From Candidatus Babeliales bacterium (GTDB lineage Bacteria > Babelota > Babeliae > Babelales > JANWKD01): 64,000 nucleotides of DNA. The translations under genes were made by a program, and so were the position numbers. The notes under the pieces were generated by a model. The model searched no databases and was not told the DNA's origin. It saw nothing but the letters and a program-made list of their open reading frames with translations. Position 1 is the first letter of the stretch. Every line of letters begins with the position of its first letter. Positions 30,395-40,330 of this stretch are shown here, piece by piece. The stretch spans positions 1,056,001 to 1,120,000 of the forward strand of contig CAVRJM010000001.1 in NCBI GenBank assembly GCA_963722075.1, read 5' to 3'.

Positions 30395-30997
30395 ATGAAT
30401 ATACGCTATTATTTATTATGTATTATGAGTATTTTTTCTTCCCTTTGGCTTCAGGGGCAAGAGCTAAGTTCACAACAACTTCAATCAGCACAAATAATGC
30501 CTATGCGTAATCGTCCAGGATTTACAGCATCTATGAATATAGGGCTAAAATCTGAAGATCGTAAGATTGTAATTGAAACTTTACGCCAATTACTTGCTGA
30601 TAATTATGTGCTGTATACCAAGTCGCTTAATTTTCATTGGAATGTAGAAGGTGAATTATTTAGCCAACTCCATAAATTTTTTAAAAAAATATATAAAGCT
30701 TTAGAGAAAAATAATGACTTGTTTGCTGAACGAATACGGGCGCTTGGTGGATATTCTCCCGCTTCATTGCAAGAATTTTTATCTATGACACAGCTCTCTG
30801 AAAATAATGGCGGTTCCCGTAACTATAAAAATATGCTTCAAATCCTACTTAAAGATTTTGAAACGGTAATTCGAGCGCTTCGTGACGCGGCACAATTATC
30901 AGCAGATTATAATGATTGGGGCACTAATAATATGATTGCAGGATTATTAGAATCGATGGAAAAAATGGCATGGATGATTCGCGCGCATTTGCGATAA
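30395..30997 (+). CDS. dps: Dps/ferritin-like protein with a signal-peptide-like N-terminus
   Basis: KSLNFHWNVEG..F..LH, D..AERI, EKMAWM. Confidence 0.9.
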   Translation: MNIRYYLLCIMSIFSSLWLQGQELSSQQLQSAQIMPMRNRPGFTASMNIGLKSEDRKIVIETLRQLLADNYVLYTKSLNFHWNVEGELFSQLHKFFKKIYKALEKNNDLFAERIRALGGYSPASLQEFLSMTQLSENNGGSRNYKNMLQILLKDFETVIRALRDAAQLSADYNDWGTNNMIAGLLESMEKMAWMIRAHLR

Positions 30998-32059
30998 TTA
31001 TAAATATTCTTGCTTATTATTTTTACGCAATTCATTTAAAGCTAATTTAACTTTTTCTGATTCGGAACGTTTTGCAATAAGAAGTACATCATCTGTTTGC
31101 ACTACAACTAAATCTTCAACGCCAATAAGAACCGTTAAAGGTTTTTGAGAGAGAACTAAATTATTGATTGATTCAATAGAAAGATGATTGTGAGTGTCTG
31201 CTTCCAGCGATAAAAAGGTTGCTAAATTGCCTACATCAGACCAGCCAAGTTGAGCAGGAATCACCAGCAACGAAGATGACTTTTCCATAAGAGCATAATC
31301 AACTGAAATCGATTCCAGTTGTTGATACCACTCAGCCGATCCCGTTTTAAAATAGTTATAAACAAGCGTATATAATTCAGGAGCATATTTTTTATACGCT
31401 TCAATAAATACCGATACCGGTGCACAAAAAATACCAATATTCCAAAGCATGTTGCCTAATTCTATATATTCTTGTGCCACTGCTGCTGATGGTTTTTCAT
31501 GAAAGCGGATTATTGGTAATCCGCCTTCGTTAAAACTTCGGCGGGACGAAGTCCCCAGGCCTTGTTCCGACATAGCTTTAGCGACGTCGAATTCGATATA
31601 ACCGTATCCAGTAGCTGCATAGGTAGGCTCTATACCAATTAAGGTTATTTGTTGTGCTTCATGGCTCTGAGCGATTGCTTGCTGAAGCGTTTTTAAAAAT
31701 GCATCCTGGTCACTAATATAATGATCGGCAGGACAAAAAAGCACCACCGCTTGTGGATCTTGTTGAGCAATAGTTAAGCAACTCAATAATAAAGCCGGCG
31801 CTGTATTTTTACTAAACGGTTCAACGATAAGATTCACCGTTGGAATATGATGCTCGATAAGAGCTGATTGCGCTTGCGTGGTAACAATAGATATTTTTTC
31901 TGGCGATATTAATTGAATAAGGCGATCATAGGTATGTTTTAATAATGATTTTTTTTGAATCTCAAGAAACTGCTTTGGCAATGCTTCTCTACTAAGCGGC
32001 CATAACCGTTCGCCTTTACCACCAGCCAGAATAACCCCATAAATTGATGGCGTATTCAC
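30998..32059 (-). CDS. manC: Mannose-1-phosphate guanylyltransferase with an in-frame repeat insertion
   Basis: ILAGGKGERLWPLSR..PKQF, NTAPA, PADH, GYGYI, FHEKP, WSDVG. Confidence 0.92.
   Translation of the reverse strand: MNTPSIYGVILAGGKGERLWPLSREALPKQFLEIQKKSLLKHTYDRLIQLISPEKISIVTTQAQSALIEHHIPTVNLIVEPFSKNTAPALLLSCLTIAQQDPQAVVLFCPADHYISDQDAFLKTLQQAIAQSHEAQQITLIGIEPTYAATGYGYIEFDVAKAMSEQGLGTSSRRSFNEGGLPIIRFHEKPSAAVAQEYIELGNMLWNIGIFCAPVSVFIEAYKKYAPELYTLVYNYFKTGSAEWYQQLESISVDYALMEKSSSLLVIPAQLGWSDVGNLATFLSLEADTHNHLSIESINNLVLSQKPLTVLIGVEDLVVVQTDDVLLIAKRSESEKVKLALNELRKNNKQEYL
31519..31592. repeat. Type-B palindrome pair inside the manC coding sequence
   Basis: ccgccttcgttaaaacttcggcgggac matches intergenic 34277-34303; ccgacatagctttagcgacgtcg. 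Confidence 0.8.
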
Positions 32060-32802
32060 AATGGTTTTTCCATATTTTTTCGTTTATTACCTTTTATGCG
32101 ATCTAGCAAGAGAACAAAAAATTGTTTTGCAACCTCAGCCATAATTTTAACTGACAGCTTTGATTTTCCTTCTTGCCGATTACGTGCCAAAATAGGAACT
32201 TCAGCAATAGCAGCTCCCGATTGCTTAAAGCGATACAATGATTCCATACAAAAAGCAAAACCGCGCGATTGTACCATATTAAACACCGTTGGTCTCAAAA
32301 TCGAAACCTTATACAAGCGATAGGCACCAGTACAATCATAGGGCATACCAAGGCCATATTTAATCATAGAACGCCAAAAATAAGTGAAGGGGAGTCTAAT
32401 TTTATTCCATCCTTCCATTTTGCCGCCACTAATATAACGTGAACCGATAACAATATCGGCCAGCTTTTTTTGTTCGATTAATTTAGGAATATAACACGGA
32501 TCATGCGTAAAATCCGCATCCATGGTAATTAAATAGTGATATGAATGTTGCAAGGCATAATTAAAACCAGCAATATGTGCGGTGCCCAGCCCCAATTTTG
32601 CAGGGCGATGGAGTACATGTACCGTTGCATCTTGTGCCCGTAATTCATCAAGTAATTTACCAGTGTGGTCAGGCGAATTATCATCACAAAAGAGTATATC
32701 AAGTTCAGGCGAAATATTTTTAATTTCTTTGTATAGGCGCAGAACATTGCCATATTCATTATAGGTAGGAATGAATACGAGTATTTTATCCATAAAATTC
32801 AC
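32056..32802 (-). CDS. Polyprenol-phosphate mannosyltransferase (GT2, DPM1-like)
   Basis: IPTYNE, DDNSPD, KLGLGTA, MDADFTHDP, IGSRY. Confidence 0.9.
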   Translation of the reverse strand: MNFMDKILVFIPTYNEYGNVLRLYKEIKNISPELDILFCDDNSPDHTGKLLDELRAQDATVHVLHRPAKLGLGTAHIAGFNYALQHSYHYLITMDADFTHDPCYIPKLIEQKKLADIVIGSRYISGGKMEGWNKIRLPFTYFWRSMIKYGLGMPYDCTGAYRLYKVSILRPTVFNMVQSRGFAFCMESLYRFKQSGAAIAEVPILARNRQEGKSKLSVKIMAEVAKQFFVLLLDRIKGNKRKNMEKPL

Positions 32803-33015
32803 TTTTTATACATTTATTTAACATAAAAATAGTATAACATAGCAGATTTTTTTGACTAGGATGGGTAATTTTATTCAAGAAAAGAATGCGTTTATGAGCT
32901 TCACTACTACAATTCCTTCTTAGCTTGAACTCAAAACTATTCATCTTTAAAAAAAAATCAAGTTATTTCTGTTATTTGGGTGAACTTAGAAACAGTTATA
33001 AAAATAAAAAACCAT

Positions 33016-33157
33016 GTCATCCTGAGGAGCCAAGGCGACGTAAGGATCCAGGAATAAAATGAAAAATTCTTATAAATGGATCCAGCCTACGCTTATCCAC
33101 GCCTACCGGTTTGGCAAGCTACGGCGGACGCAGTCCCCACGCTTCGCATGGAATGAC
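33016..33157. repeat. Type-A element with a nested type-B palindrome
   Basis: gtcatcctgagg..cgtaaggatccag...ggatccagcctacgc...gctacggcggac...gaatgac. Confidence 0.8.
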
Positions 33158-33176
33158 AGGGACAGTTATTTTAAAT

Positions 33177-34115
33177 TTAAGAGCGCAAGAGTTTCACTAA
33201 TTGAGTAAAATCTGCAGGAGGCTCTTGGGTAAATGAATAGTGATTACCTTCGAAATCAAAAGATAATGAAAAAGCATGCAATGCTTGTCTATTTATTAAT
33301 TTTGACGAGGTACCATAGAGGGTATCGCCCATTATGGGATGACCAATGGCAGCACTATGTACCCGAATTTGATGAGTGCGCCCAGTTACCGGATGAAACG
33401 CCACTAAAGCGCTATCAGCAAAGTACTCTAACACTGTATAATGGGTAAGCGACGGGCGCCCTACGCCTAATATTGAGCGCATTTTAATACGGTATAATGG
33501 ATTACGATCAATAGATAAAGAAATAGAGCCTTCTTTTGGTGGATGGCCTTTTACAACCGCATGATACGTTTTTGTTATTAATCTGTTTTTAAATAAGGAA
33601 CTTAGTAGCTCATGGGCATAATTATTGCGAGAAACAACCAGCAACCCTGAAGTATCCTTATCTAATCTATGTACAATTCCAGGCCGATCTTCATGGCCAA
33701 CCTTCTTTATCTCCTGAAAACGCGAAACCAACCAATCCACTAAGGTTACTTCAAGATTAGATTTGCTGGGGGCATGTACTGATAAAGCCGATGGCTTATT
33801 GATAATTAAAAAATGCTCATGCTCATAAATAATCTCTACAGGAAGGTCTGAGGGTATCTGCTTTTCACCTATAACTGGCTTTTCTGGAGGAAATTGTACC
33901 GTCACCACATCATTGGTTTTAAGAGTAATGCTGGGCTTAGTAGCAATAATACCATTTATATGAACGCCATTATTATCAATGAGCTTCTTAAAGAACGTAC
34001 GTGAATAACAGCTAAATTGAGCAGACAAATAACTATCAAGCCGCTGACTTGCGGTTACCGTTAAAGAAAAATAGCTGTTAGAAGGAACAAGTCCATTTAC
34101 CAATCCATTTATCAT
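33177..34115 (-). CDS. rluD: RluA-family pseudouridine synthase with S4 domain (RluD-like)
   Basis: RLDSYL S4 domain; GIVHRLDKDTSG, TGRTHQIRVH, RQALHA. Confidence 0.85.
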   Translation of the reverse strand: MINGLVNGLVPSNSYFSLTVTASQRLDSYLSAQFSCYSRTFFKKLIDNNGVHINGIIATKPSITLKTNDVVTVQFPPEKPVIGEKQIPSDLPVEIIYEHEHFLIINKPSALSVHAPSKSNLEVTLVDWLVSRFQEIKKVGHEDRPGIVHRLDKDTSGLLVVSRNNYAHELLSSLFKNRLITKTYHAVVKGHPPKEGSISLSIDRNPLYRIKMRSILGVGRPSLTHYTVLEYFADSALVAFHPVTGRTHQIRVHSAAIGHPIMGDTLYGTSSKLINRQALHAFSLSFDFEGNHYSFTQEPPADFTQLVKLLRS

Positions 34116-34205
34116 CGATATCCTTTTTTTATCTTTTTTAGCATATATATGGTATTTTTAATGTAATTCAGTTTTAGTATTGCCTTTAATTTCTCTGGTA
34201 AATTT

Positions 34206-34345
34206 GTCATCCTGAGCGTTAGCGTAAGGATCCAGTGAATAAATAATGAGTCTTTATTTTATAACTGGATTCTCATCCGTCTTCGTTAAAACTTCGCCGG
34301 GACAAGCGTCCCGCCTTAGCCTTGGTGGTGGCGGATCAGAATGAC
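34206..34345. repeat. Type-A element with a nested type-B pair
   Basis: gtcatcctgagcgttagcgtaaggatccag...ctggattctc[ccgtcttcgttaaaacttcgccgggac...gtcccgccttagccttggtggtggcgga]tcagaatgac. Confidence 0.85.
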
Positions 34346-34506
34346 ATCTAGGATCTCTTAGATCGAATTCATATGTATTCTTAATATTATTAGTTAACGT
34401 TTTTAAAGTCAAATGGACATTAACCCAATAAATTTGCTATAGTTTAACTATAGGGTGAAAGCATAATTGTTTACAGGTTGTTTTATGATGAGAAGGTGGC
34501 TGCATA

Positions 34507-35862
34507 ATGGAACCAAGAATTGTTTTAGAGCACATTGAGCATAATGTGCGTGATGTTATTATGCGCAAAACACCAGAATATGAAGAACTCTGGAATAGAT
34601 TTCTGCAAATCCATCCTGCCGATATTGCGCAATTCATAACTGATATTGATAAAGATGATGCTCAAGCACTCTTTATAGCGCTTCCTAATGAGTTAAAATT
34701 GGCGGTATTTGAAAACTTTTCTAATTCTATGCGCTATTTTGTTCTTTCTATATCTGAAGATCGCGATAAAGTAGCCATTTTAAATGCTACTCCTATTGAT
34801 GAATTAACCGATCTTTTTGACTCCTTATCTAACCAAGAATTAAAAGAATATCTCCTTTTTCTAAATGCCCATGACCGCCAGAGGGTACTTTCCTTATTAG
34901 AATTTGACCCTGAATCAGTAGGGGGTATTATGGATACGGATGTGCTCACCTTGCGTCAAGACTTTACGGTGGAAAAGAGCATTCATGTGTTACAGCGGCT
35001 CAAACCACGATTAGAACTTCATCAACAAATTTATGTGGTGGATCATGAAAATAAATTAGTAGGCCATATTGGCTTGGAAGATTTAGTTCTTAAAAGCCCT
35101 GCAGCACGCCTCAATTCATTTTTGCGCAAGAATGAATTAGTTGCCCATGTTACTGAAGATCAAGAAACAATTGCAAAGAAGATGATTCATTATCACTTAA
35201 TGACCGTCCCGGTAGTAGGCGAAAACAACTACTTTTTAGGCGTAATTCCGAGTGAAACGCTCGTAGCTATTATAGAACATGAGGCCAGCGAAGACGTTTA
35301 CCGCATTTCAGCGATGACGCCAATAACAAAAACCTATTTTGAAACATCATTTTTTAGAATATTTTACGAACGCAGTTATATTTTAATTATTTTATTACTC
35401 GCCCAATCACTCTCTACGATGATTATTAAATATTATGAAGCAACCCTTGAAGGGTTTTTTATGCTGTTTATCACGATGCTCACCAGTACCGGCGGCAACA
35501 CCAGCAGCCAAACATCTGCACTCGTTATTCAGGGTATGGCTTCGGGGGAAATTAATGAATCAAATACCCCACGCTTTTTAAATCGTGAAATGCGTATGGC
35601 GCTTATGATTGCAGCTATATTAGGAATTTTTTCATTTTTACGCGTTTATTTTACCTACGGCCATCTGTATGAAAGCTTTTTAGTCAGCTTATCACTTTTC
35701 ATGATCGTGCTTGTTTCGGTGGTTTTAGGAAGTTGCATTCCTATTGCCTTAAAACGTTTTAATATAGACCCTGCCTTTGCAGCAGGGCCATTTTTAGCAA
35801 CGATAATGGATATTACCGGGCTGCTCATTTATTGTTATATTTGTAGGTTGTTATTACCGTAA
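34507..35862 (+). CDS. mgtE: Magnesium transporter MgtE
   Basis: HPADIA N-domain, CBS pair, GGNTSSQ, DPA..AGPF..T..D. Confidence 0.93.
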   Translation: MEPRIVLEHIEHNVRDVIMRKTPEYEELWNRFLQIHPADIAQFITDIDKDDAQALFIALPNELKLAVFENFSNSMRYFVLSISEDRDKVAILNATPIDELTDLFDSLSNQELKEYLLFLNAHDRQRVLSLLEFDPESVGGIMDTDVLTLRQDFTVEKSIHVLQRLKPRLELHQQIYVVDHENKLVGHIGLEDLVLKSPAARLNSFLRKNELVAHVTEDQETIAKKMIHYHLMTVPVVGENNYFLGVIPSETLVAIIEHEASEDVYRISAMTPITKTYFETSFFRIFYERSYILIILLLAQSLSTMIIKYYEATLEGFFMLFITMLTSTGGNTSSQTSALVIQGMASGEINESNTPRFLNREMRMALMIAAILGIFSFLRVYFTYGHLYESFLVSLSLFMIVLVSVVLGSCIPIALKRFNIDPAFAAGPFLATIMDITGLLIYCYICRLLLP

Positions 35863-36684
35863 TTATTCCTTTATTGTCTTAATAAGACGTTTTGCCTCTT
35901 GCCATTCTTTATCATTTTCTTCTGATTGTTTTATAAGTTGCGCTATATGAGAGAAAATAGTGCTTTGGTTAACAAGCTGAGGAATTCTTTTATTAGCGAT
36001 ATCGATAACCTGTGACAATAAACCATTTTCTTGCGCAGCGTACAATTCATTTTGTAACGTTTTAAGTTTTTGAGTACGTTTAGGATCACGTGCATGCGCC
36101 ATACTAAAAATATCCGTACCCAAATAATGGACCATACTATATGCAAGGTCATGCTTTTTAAGATCAATTGCTTTATTTATAATCTCATCTTCAGGTTTTT
36201 CCATCCATTTATTTACAAGCTCTTCAAGAGAAAATTCACTTGCAAGACGCGTAGCCGGAGACATAGATTCCATTATTGATTCCATTATTGTTGCGGGTTT
36301 GCGTTCACCAATAACTGATGCTCGAGCAGGTTTTTCTTCTTTTTTTTCTTTTTCCAATTGTCTCAACTCGCGTTGTATTCTACGAGCTTTAGCAAACTCA
36401 TACGAATCCTTAACAAAATCGCGCTTGTCTCTAAGCTTATTTATTTGATCATTACTTATATCAGCAAATTTTCCTTCAAGTTTCCCCACTAAAATTTTTT
36501 CAATTAATCCATTTAAGTCAAGCATAATATTCAGAATAACTGATTCATTACTAATGTTCATGGCTACTGGCTCGAATTGCGTTACATAATAATATATTCG
36601 CTCCCGTATGGGCGATTCCATTGCTGCAACATTTAACGTAATAAATAGTAATAAACCAGGGATATAACGTGAGTAGTTTTTCAT
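35863..36684 (-). CDS. Secreted hypothetical protein
   Basis: Signal ...VAAMES; aaggagg RBS; C-terminal half paralogous to the next gene. Confidence 0.7.
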   Translation of the reverse strand: MKNYSRYIPGLLLFITLNVAAMESPIRERIYYYVTQFEPVAMNISNESVILNIMLDLNGLIEKILVGKLEGKFADISNDQINKLRDKRDFVKDSYEFAKARRIQRELRQLEKEKKEEKPARASVIGERKPATIMESIMESMSPATRLASEFSLEELVNKWMEKPEDEIINKAIDLKKHDLAYSMVHYLGTDIFSMAHARDPKRTQKLKTLQNELYAAQENGLLSQVIDIANKRIPQLVNQSTIFSHIAQLIKQSEENDKEWQEAKRLIKTIKE

Positions 36685-36800
36685 AAAACCTCCTTTTTAA
36701 CCTAATTATTTTTAACTCTCTTATGATAATTATACCTTTATTAATACCCTAAATGCAATAGATTGTAGCTGAAAGGGCCTCCCATCGGGCCGCTACACCA

Positions 36801-37289
36801 TTAACTCAATATTATTTTCGATTCTTCTATAAGTTCCGCTAATCGAGAAAAAATAGTAGTTTCATTGATAGATGGTACTGAGCACTTAATAATAGTAACG
36901 ATGTCAGATAGAGACTTATTTATCGACGCCATGCGTAAATCATTTTGCAATGATTTAAGTGTTTTGGTAGTACCAAACTCTGCAACATTAAACGGCTGTT
37001 CAGCGCTCAAATAAGATCGTAACATTTCTCTAATAAGCACTTTTTTAATTTTAATGGCTTCTTTCAACGCTTGATCTGAAGGATCATGCATCGACCTGTA
37101 TATAAGATTTTCTAGAGAATATTCTTCAGCCAGCTGTTCGGATGTTTCAGTTTTTTGGACCTTTGAATGATTCCTTTGATCCTGTACAATGCTTATTTTT
37201 TTTCTTTTATCTAAACCAGAGGATTTCATTGCTAATGCATACATATTGATGAATAGTAACAATAATGTTAAGAAGGCGGCAGTATTCAT
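36801..37289 (-). CDS. Secreted hypothetical protein (paralogue of 35863-36684)
   Basis: LAEEYSLENL/LASEFSLEEL, LKSLQNDL/LKTLQNEL, TIFS..A.LI shared. Confidence 0.7.
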   Translation of the reverse strand: MNTAAFLTLLLLFINMYALAMKSSGLDKRKKISIVQDQRNHSKVQKTETSEQLAEEYSLENLIYRSMHDPSDQALKEAIKIKKVLIREMLRSYLSAEQPFNVAEFGTTKTLKSLQNDLRMASINKSLSDIVTIIKCSVPSINETTIFSRLAELIEESKIILS

Positions 37290-37452
37290 AAGAACCTCAT
37301 ACTAACTACTTTGGATCCTTTTATTATTTTTAATATTATTGCAAAATTGATTCAATAATTAAAACAAAACTATCTTTTTATATATTGATTCTTCTAAAAT
37401 AAATTAACGATTATAATTACCATAATAAAGCAAACAAAAAGAGGAATTATAA

Positions 37453-37851
37453 ATGAGTATAGAGTTACATCATCTATTTAAAGCAATTAAAGAACATCGC
37501 ATAGAACAAGTGAAAGTAGCAATAAAAAATGATCAAGCTCTTGTTAACACCAAAGATGATAAACAACATACAGCCCTCACCATTGCAGCAGAATGTGGAA
37601 CTACAGGAATTATTGATGATTTACTTAAGCATGGTGCGCATATCAATTATCAACTTCCGCCACATAAATACACACCGCTCATTATTGCGGTTCGCGCAGG
37701 CCAACTTGATATAGTCAAATATCTGCTTAGTCATGGTGCCAATATTCAGCTCACGGATGATCAAGGAAAAACCGCATTATGGCATGCACAACAACAAAAA
37801 CAACAAGATATTATTACTTTTCTTCAACAAAAAGCAGAAGGCAAATCTTAA
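37453..37851 (+). CDS. Ankyrin-repeat protein
   Basis: TALTIAA, YTPLIIAV, GKTALWHA. Confidence 0.88.
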   Translation: MSIELHHLFKAIKEHRIEQVKVAIKNDQALVNTKDDKQHTALTIAAECGTTGIIDDLLKHGAHINYQLPPHKYTPLIIAVRAGQLDIVKYLLSHGANIQLTDDQGKTALWHAQQQKQQDIITFLQQKAEGKS

Positions 37852-37870
37852 ATCTAAAAAGGTTTTTAGT

Positions 37871-38833
37871 ATGAATAATAAGCCAGTTCTCGATCCAATT
37901 ATACAGAAATTTGTTGATGCGCTTGCCAAACAAGGAGGCAAGCCGCTGTATACCTTATCATTTGCAGATGCGCGCAAAGTACTCGATGATGTACAATCAG
38001 GATCGGTGACAACATTGCCCGCTGATATTGAAGATCGTACCATTTTAGAAGGCACCAAAAACGCGGTTACTATTCGTATCATTCGCCCTAAGGGAAATAA
38101 AGACGTGTTGCCCGTAGTTATTTATATGCATGGTGGCGGTTGGATACTCGGTAATAAAAAAACACATGATCGATTAGTTCGCGAGATCGCCAATGGTGCA
38201 CAGGCGGCCGTCATCTTTGTAGATTATACCCCAGCACCAGAAGGACAATATCCGCTCGCTCATGAACAAGGCTACGCCGCTGCCCAATGGGCTAAAGAGC
38301 ACAGTAAAGAACTTAATATTGATAGTTCTCGTATGGCAATTGCCGGAGATAGCGTTGGCGGACTTATGGCAACAGCAATAGCAATGATGGCATACGAGCG
38401 CGGCGGACCGCGTTTTATTTTTCAACTCCTCTTTTACCCGGTAACTGATGCCCGTTTTGATACACCGTCATATATACAGTTTGCACAAGGCCCATGGCTT
38501 ACAAAATCTGCAATGGAATGGTTTTGGGATGCATATGTGCCTAATAAAGCAGACCGCACTAATCCATTGGTAGCGCCATTAAAAGCCTCATTAGATCAGC
38601 TCAAGCACCTACCACCCGCATTAGTATTTACCAATGAAGTTGATGTTCTGCGTGACGAAGGTGAAGCGTATGCACATAAACTTATGCAAGCGGGAGTACC
38701 CGTTGCTGCGTTTCGCGCCCTTGGTATGATGCATGATTGTGTAATGATTAATGCTATCACGCAAGCACCAGCAGTGCGTTCGATGATTGATCAGGCAAAT
38801 CGAACATTATTAGAAGTTTTTGCAAAAAAATAA
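37871..38833 (+). CDS. Alpha/beta hydrolase, HSL/Aes-type esterase
   Basis: HGGGW, GDSVGG, DVLRDEGEAYA, H in MMHD. Confidence 0.92.
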   Translation: MNNKPVLDPIIQKFVDALAKQGGKPLYTLSFADARKVLDDVQSGSVTTLPADIEDRTILEGTKNAVTIRIIRPKGNKDVLPVVIYMHGGGWILGNKKTHDRLVREIANGAQAAVIFVDYTPAPEGQYPLAHEQGYAAAQWAKEHSKELNIDSSRMAIAGDSVGGLMATAIAMMAYERGGPRFIFQLLFYPVTDARFDTPSYIQFAQGPWLTKSAMEWFWDAYVPNKADRTNPLVAPLKASLDQLKHLPPALVFTNEVDVLRDEGEAYAHKLMQAGVPVAAFRALGMMHDCVMINAITQAPAVRSMIDQANRTLLEVFAKK

Positions 38834-38850
38834 CATATAAAGAGATAAAA

Positions 38851-39480
38851 ATGTTCCAGGATCGTTTCGATGCCGCAGAAAAACTCGTTCCTCTTTTAGA
38901 AAAATATAAAAACAACGCTAACGCAATTATACTTGCTATACCGCGCGGCGCCCTTGAACTTGGGTATGTGCTTGCCAAAAAATTACAGCTGCCTTTGGAT
39001 GTTATTTTTACTAAAAAAATAGGCTTTCCTGGTAATCCTGAATACGCAATTGGCGCTGCTAGCGAACGTCATGTCTTCTTAAATCCCCCTTTTAATACTA
39101 TGCCAGATCTTAAAGATTATATAACAGATGAAGTTAAAAAAATTCGAACTATCATCAAAGAACGTAACGAAACCTACCGCAAGGGCATGTCTCCTTTTGA
39201 TATTAAAGATAAAATCGTACTGGTAGTTGATGACGGCATTGCAACAGGAAATACATTGTTAGCAACAATTGCTCTTATTAAAGAGTACCATCCTAAAAAA
39301 ATTGTTGTAGCGTTACCTGTTGCTCCTGCAGAAGCATTAGAAAAAATTAAAGAACAGGTCGATGAAGTTTTTTGCGTCACTGTCCCAAGAATTTTTCATA
39401 GCGTAAGCCAATTTTACACTCATTTTGAACAAGTTGATGACCACACAGCTATAGAGCTTTTACGGAAAGCACATATATGA
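38851..39480 (+). CDS. Phosphoribosyltransferase (Rv2030c/Rv0571c N-domain-like)
   Basis: FQDR..A, AIPRG, KIG.P..PEYAIGA, VVDDGIATG. Confidence 0.88.
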   Translation: MFQDRFDAAEKLVPLLEKYKNNANAIILAIPRGALELGYVLAKKLQLPLDVIFTKKIGFPGNPEYAIGAASERHVFLNPPFNTMPDLKDYITDEVKKIRTIIKERNETYRKGMSPFDIKDKIVLVVDDGIATGNTLLATIALIKEYHPKKIVVALPVAPAEALEKIKEQVDEVFCVTVPRIFHSVSQFYTHFEQVDDHTAIELLRKAHI

Positions 39481-40328
39481 TTGTATTTTTTACCAGATCA
39501 GCGCAACACCTTTCTGTTAATAGCAATTTCCCTATTGGATCTTATACCGTAAAACAATTTAGTGATGGAGAGCTTTATCTGAAACTCGAGCAGCATGTTT
39601 CCAAGCAAGAAGTATGGGTAGTTACCTCAACACAACCGCCAGCGGAAAATCTGTTAGAACTATTTTTTTTACTTGATGCTCTTACAACAGCAGGCGCTCA
39701 AAAAATTAATCTCTTTTTTTCTTATTTTGCGTATGCACGCCAGGCACACCCATTACCCGGAGAAGCACGAAGCACCCATCTTATTAGTGAATTTTTACAA
39801 AAATTCCCTATCAACAACATCTCTATTATGCACGTTCATGCAGCTTTTACATTACATTCCTTTTTAAATTTTACCGATATTATTCCGATGGATTTTTTTT
39901 GCAGAGCAGGACAAACGTACGATGTAATTGCAGCACCAGATCAAGGAGCAGCAGAATTTGCTAAAAAAGTTTCCCAGCAATGCCATAAAGAATTTGTTTT
40001 CTTACAAAAAAAGAGACCAAAGCATGAAGCAGTTATTATAGAATCTGTTGTTGGCAATGTAGAAGGAAAAAAAGTGTTGTTAGTTGATGATATAATTGCA
40101 ACAGGAAGCACCATAATCGAAGCCGCGCGCTCATTACTTAATGCAGGAGCATTAGAAGTTTCTGCTGCTGCAACGCATGGTATATTTGCAAATGACGCCT
40201 ATCAAAAACTACAAAAGGGTGGTTTAAAAAAAATATATGTTACCAATTCTTTCAAACAACAGGAAAAAAATAACGTTGAGGTGTATGATATTGCTCATAT
40301 ACTTGAAAAGGTTCTCATAACACCATAA
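39477..40328 (+). CDS. prs: Ribose-phosphate pyrophosphokinase family
   Basis: FSDGE, YFAYARQ, APDQGA, LVDDIIATGST, ATHG. Confidence 0.85.
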   Translation: MIVFFTRSAQHLSVNSNFPIGSYTVKQFSDGELYLKLEQHVSKQEVWVVTSTQPPAENLLELFFLLDALTTAGAQKINLFFSYFAYARQAHPLPGEARSTHLISEFLQKFPINNISIMHVHAAFTLHSFLNFTDIIPMDFFCRAGQTYDVIAAPDQGAAEFAKKVSQQCHKEFVFLQKKRPKHEAVIIESVVGNVEGKKVLLVDDIIATGSTIIEAARSLLNAGALEVSAAATHGIFANDAYQKLQKGGLKKIYVTNSFKQQEKNNVEVYDIAHILEKVLITP

Positions 40329-40330
40329 AT

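Noticed and set aside
37733..37870. Long N-terminal extension of the esterase overlapping the ankyrin gene
   Set aside because: Overlap artefact; the likely start is ATG 37871.
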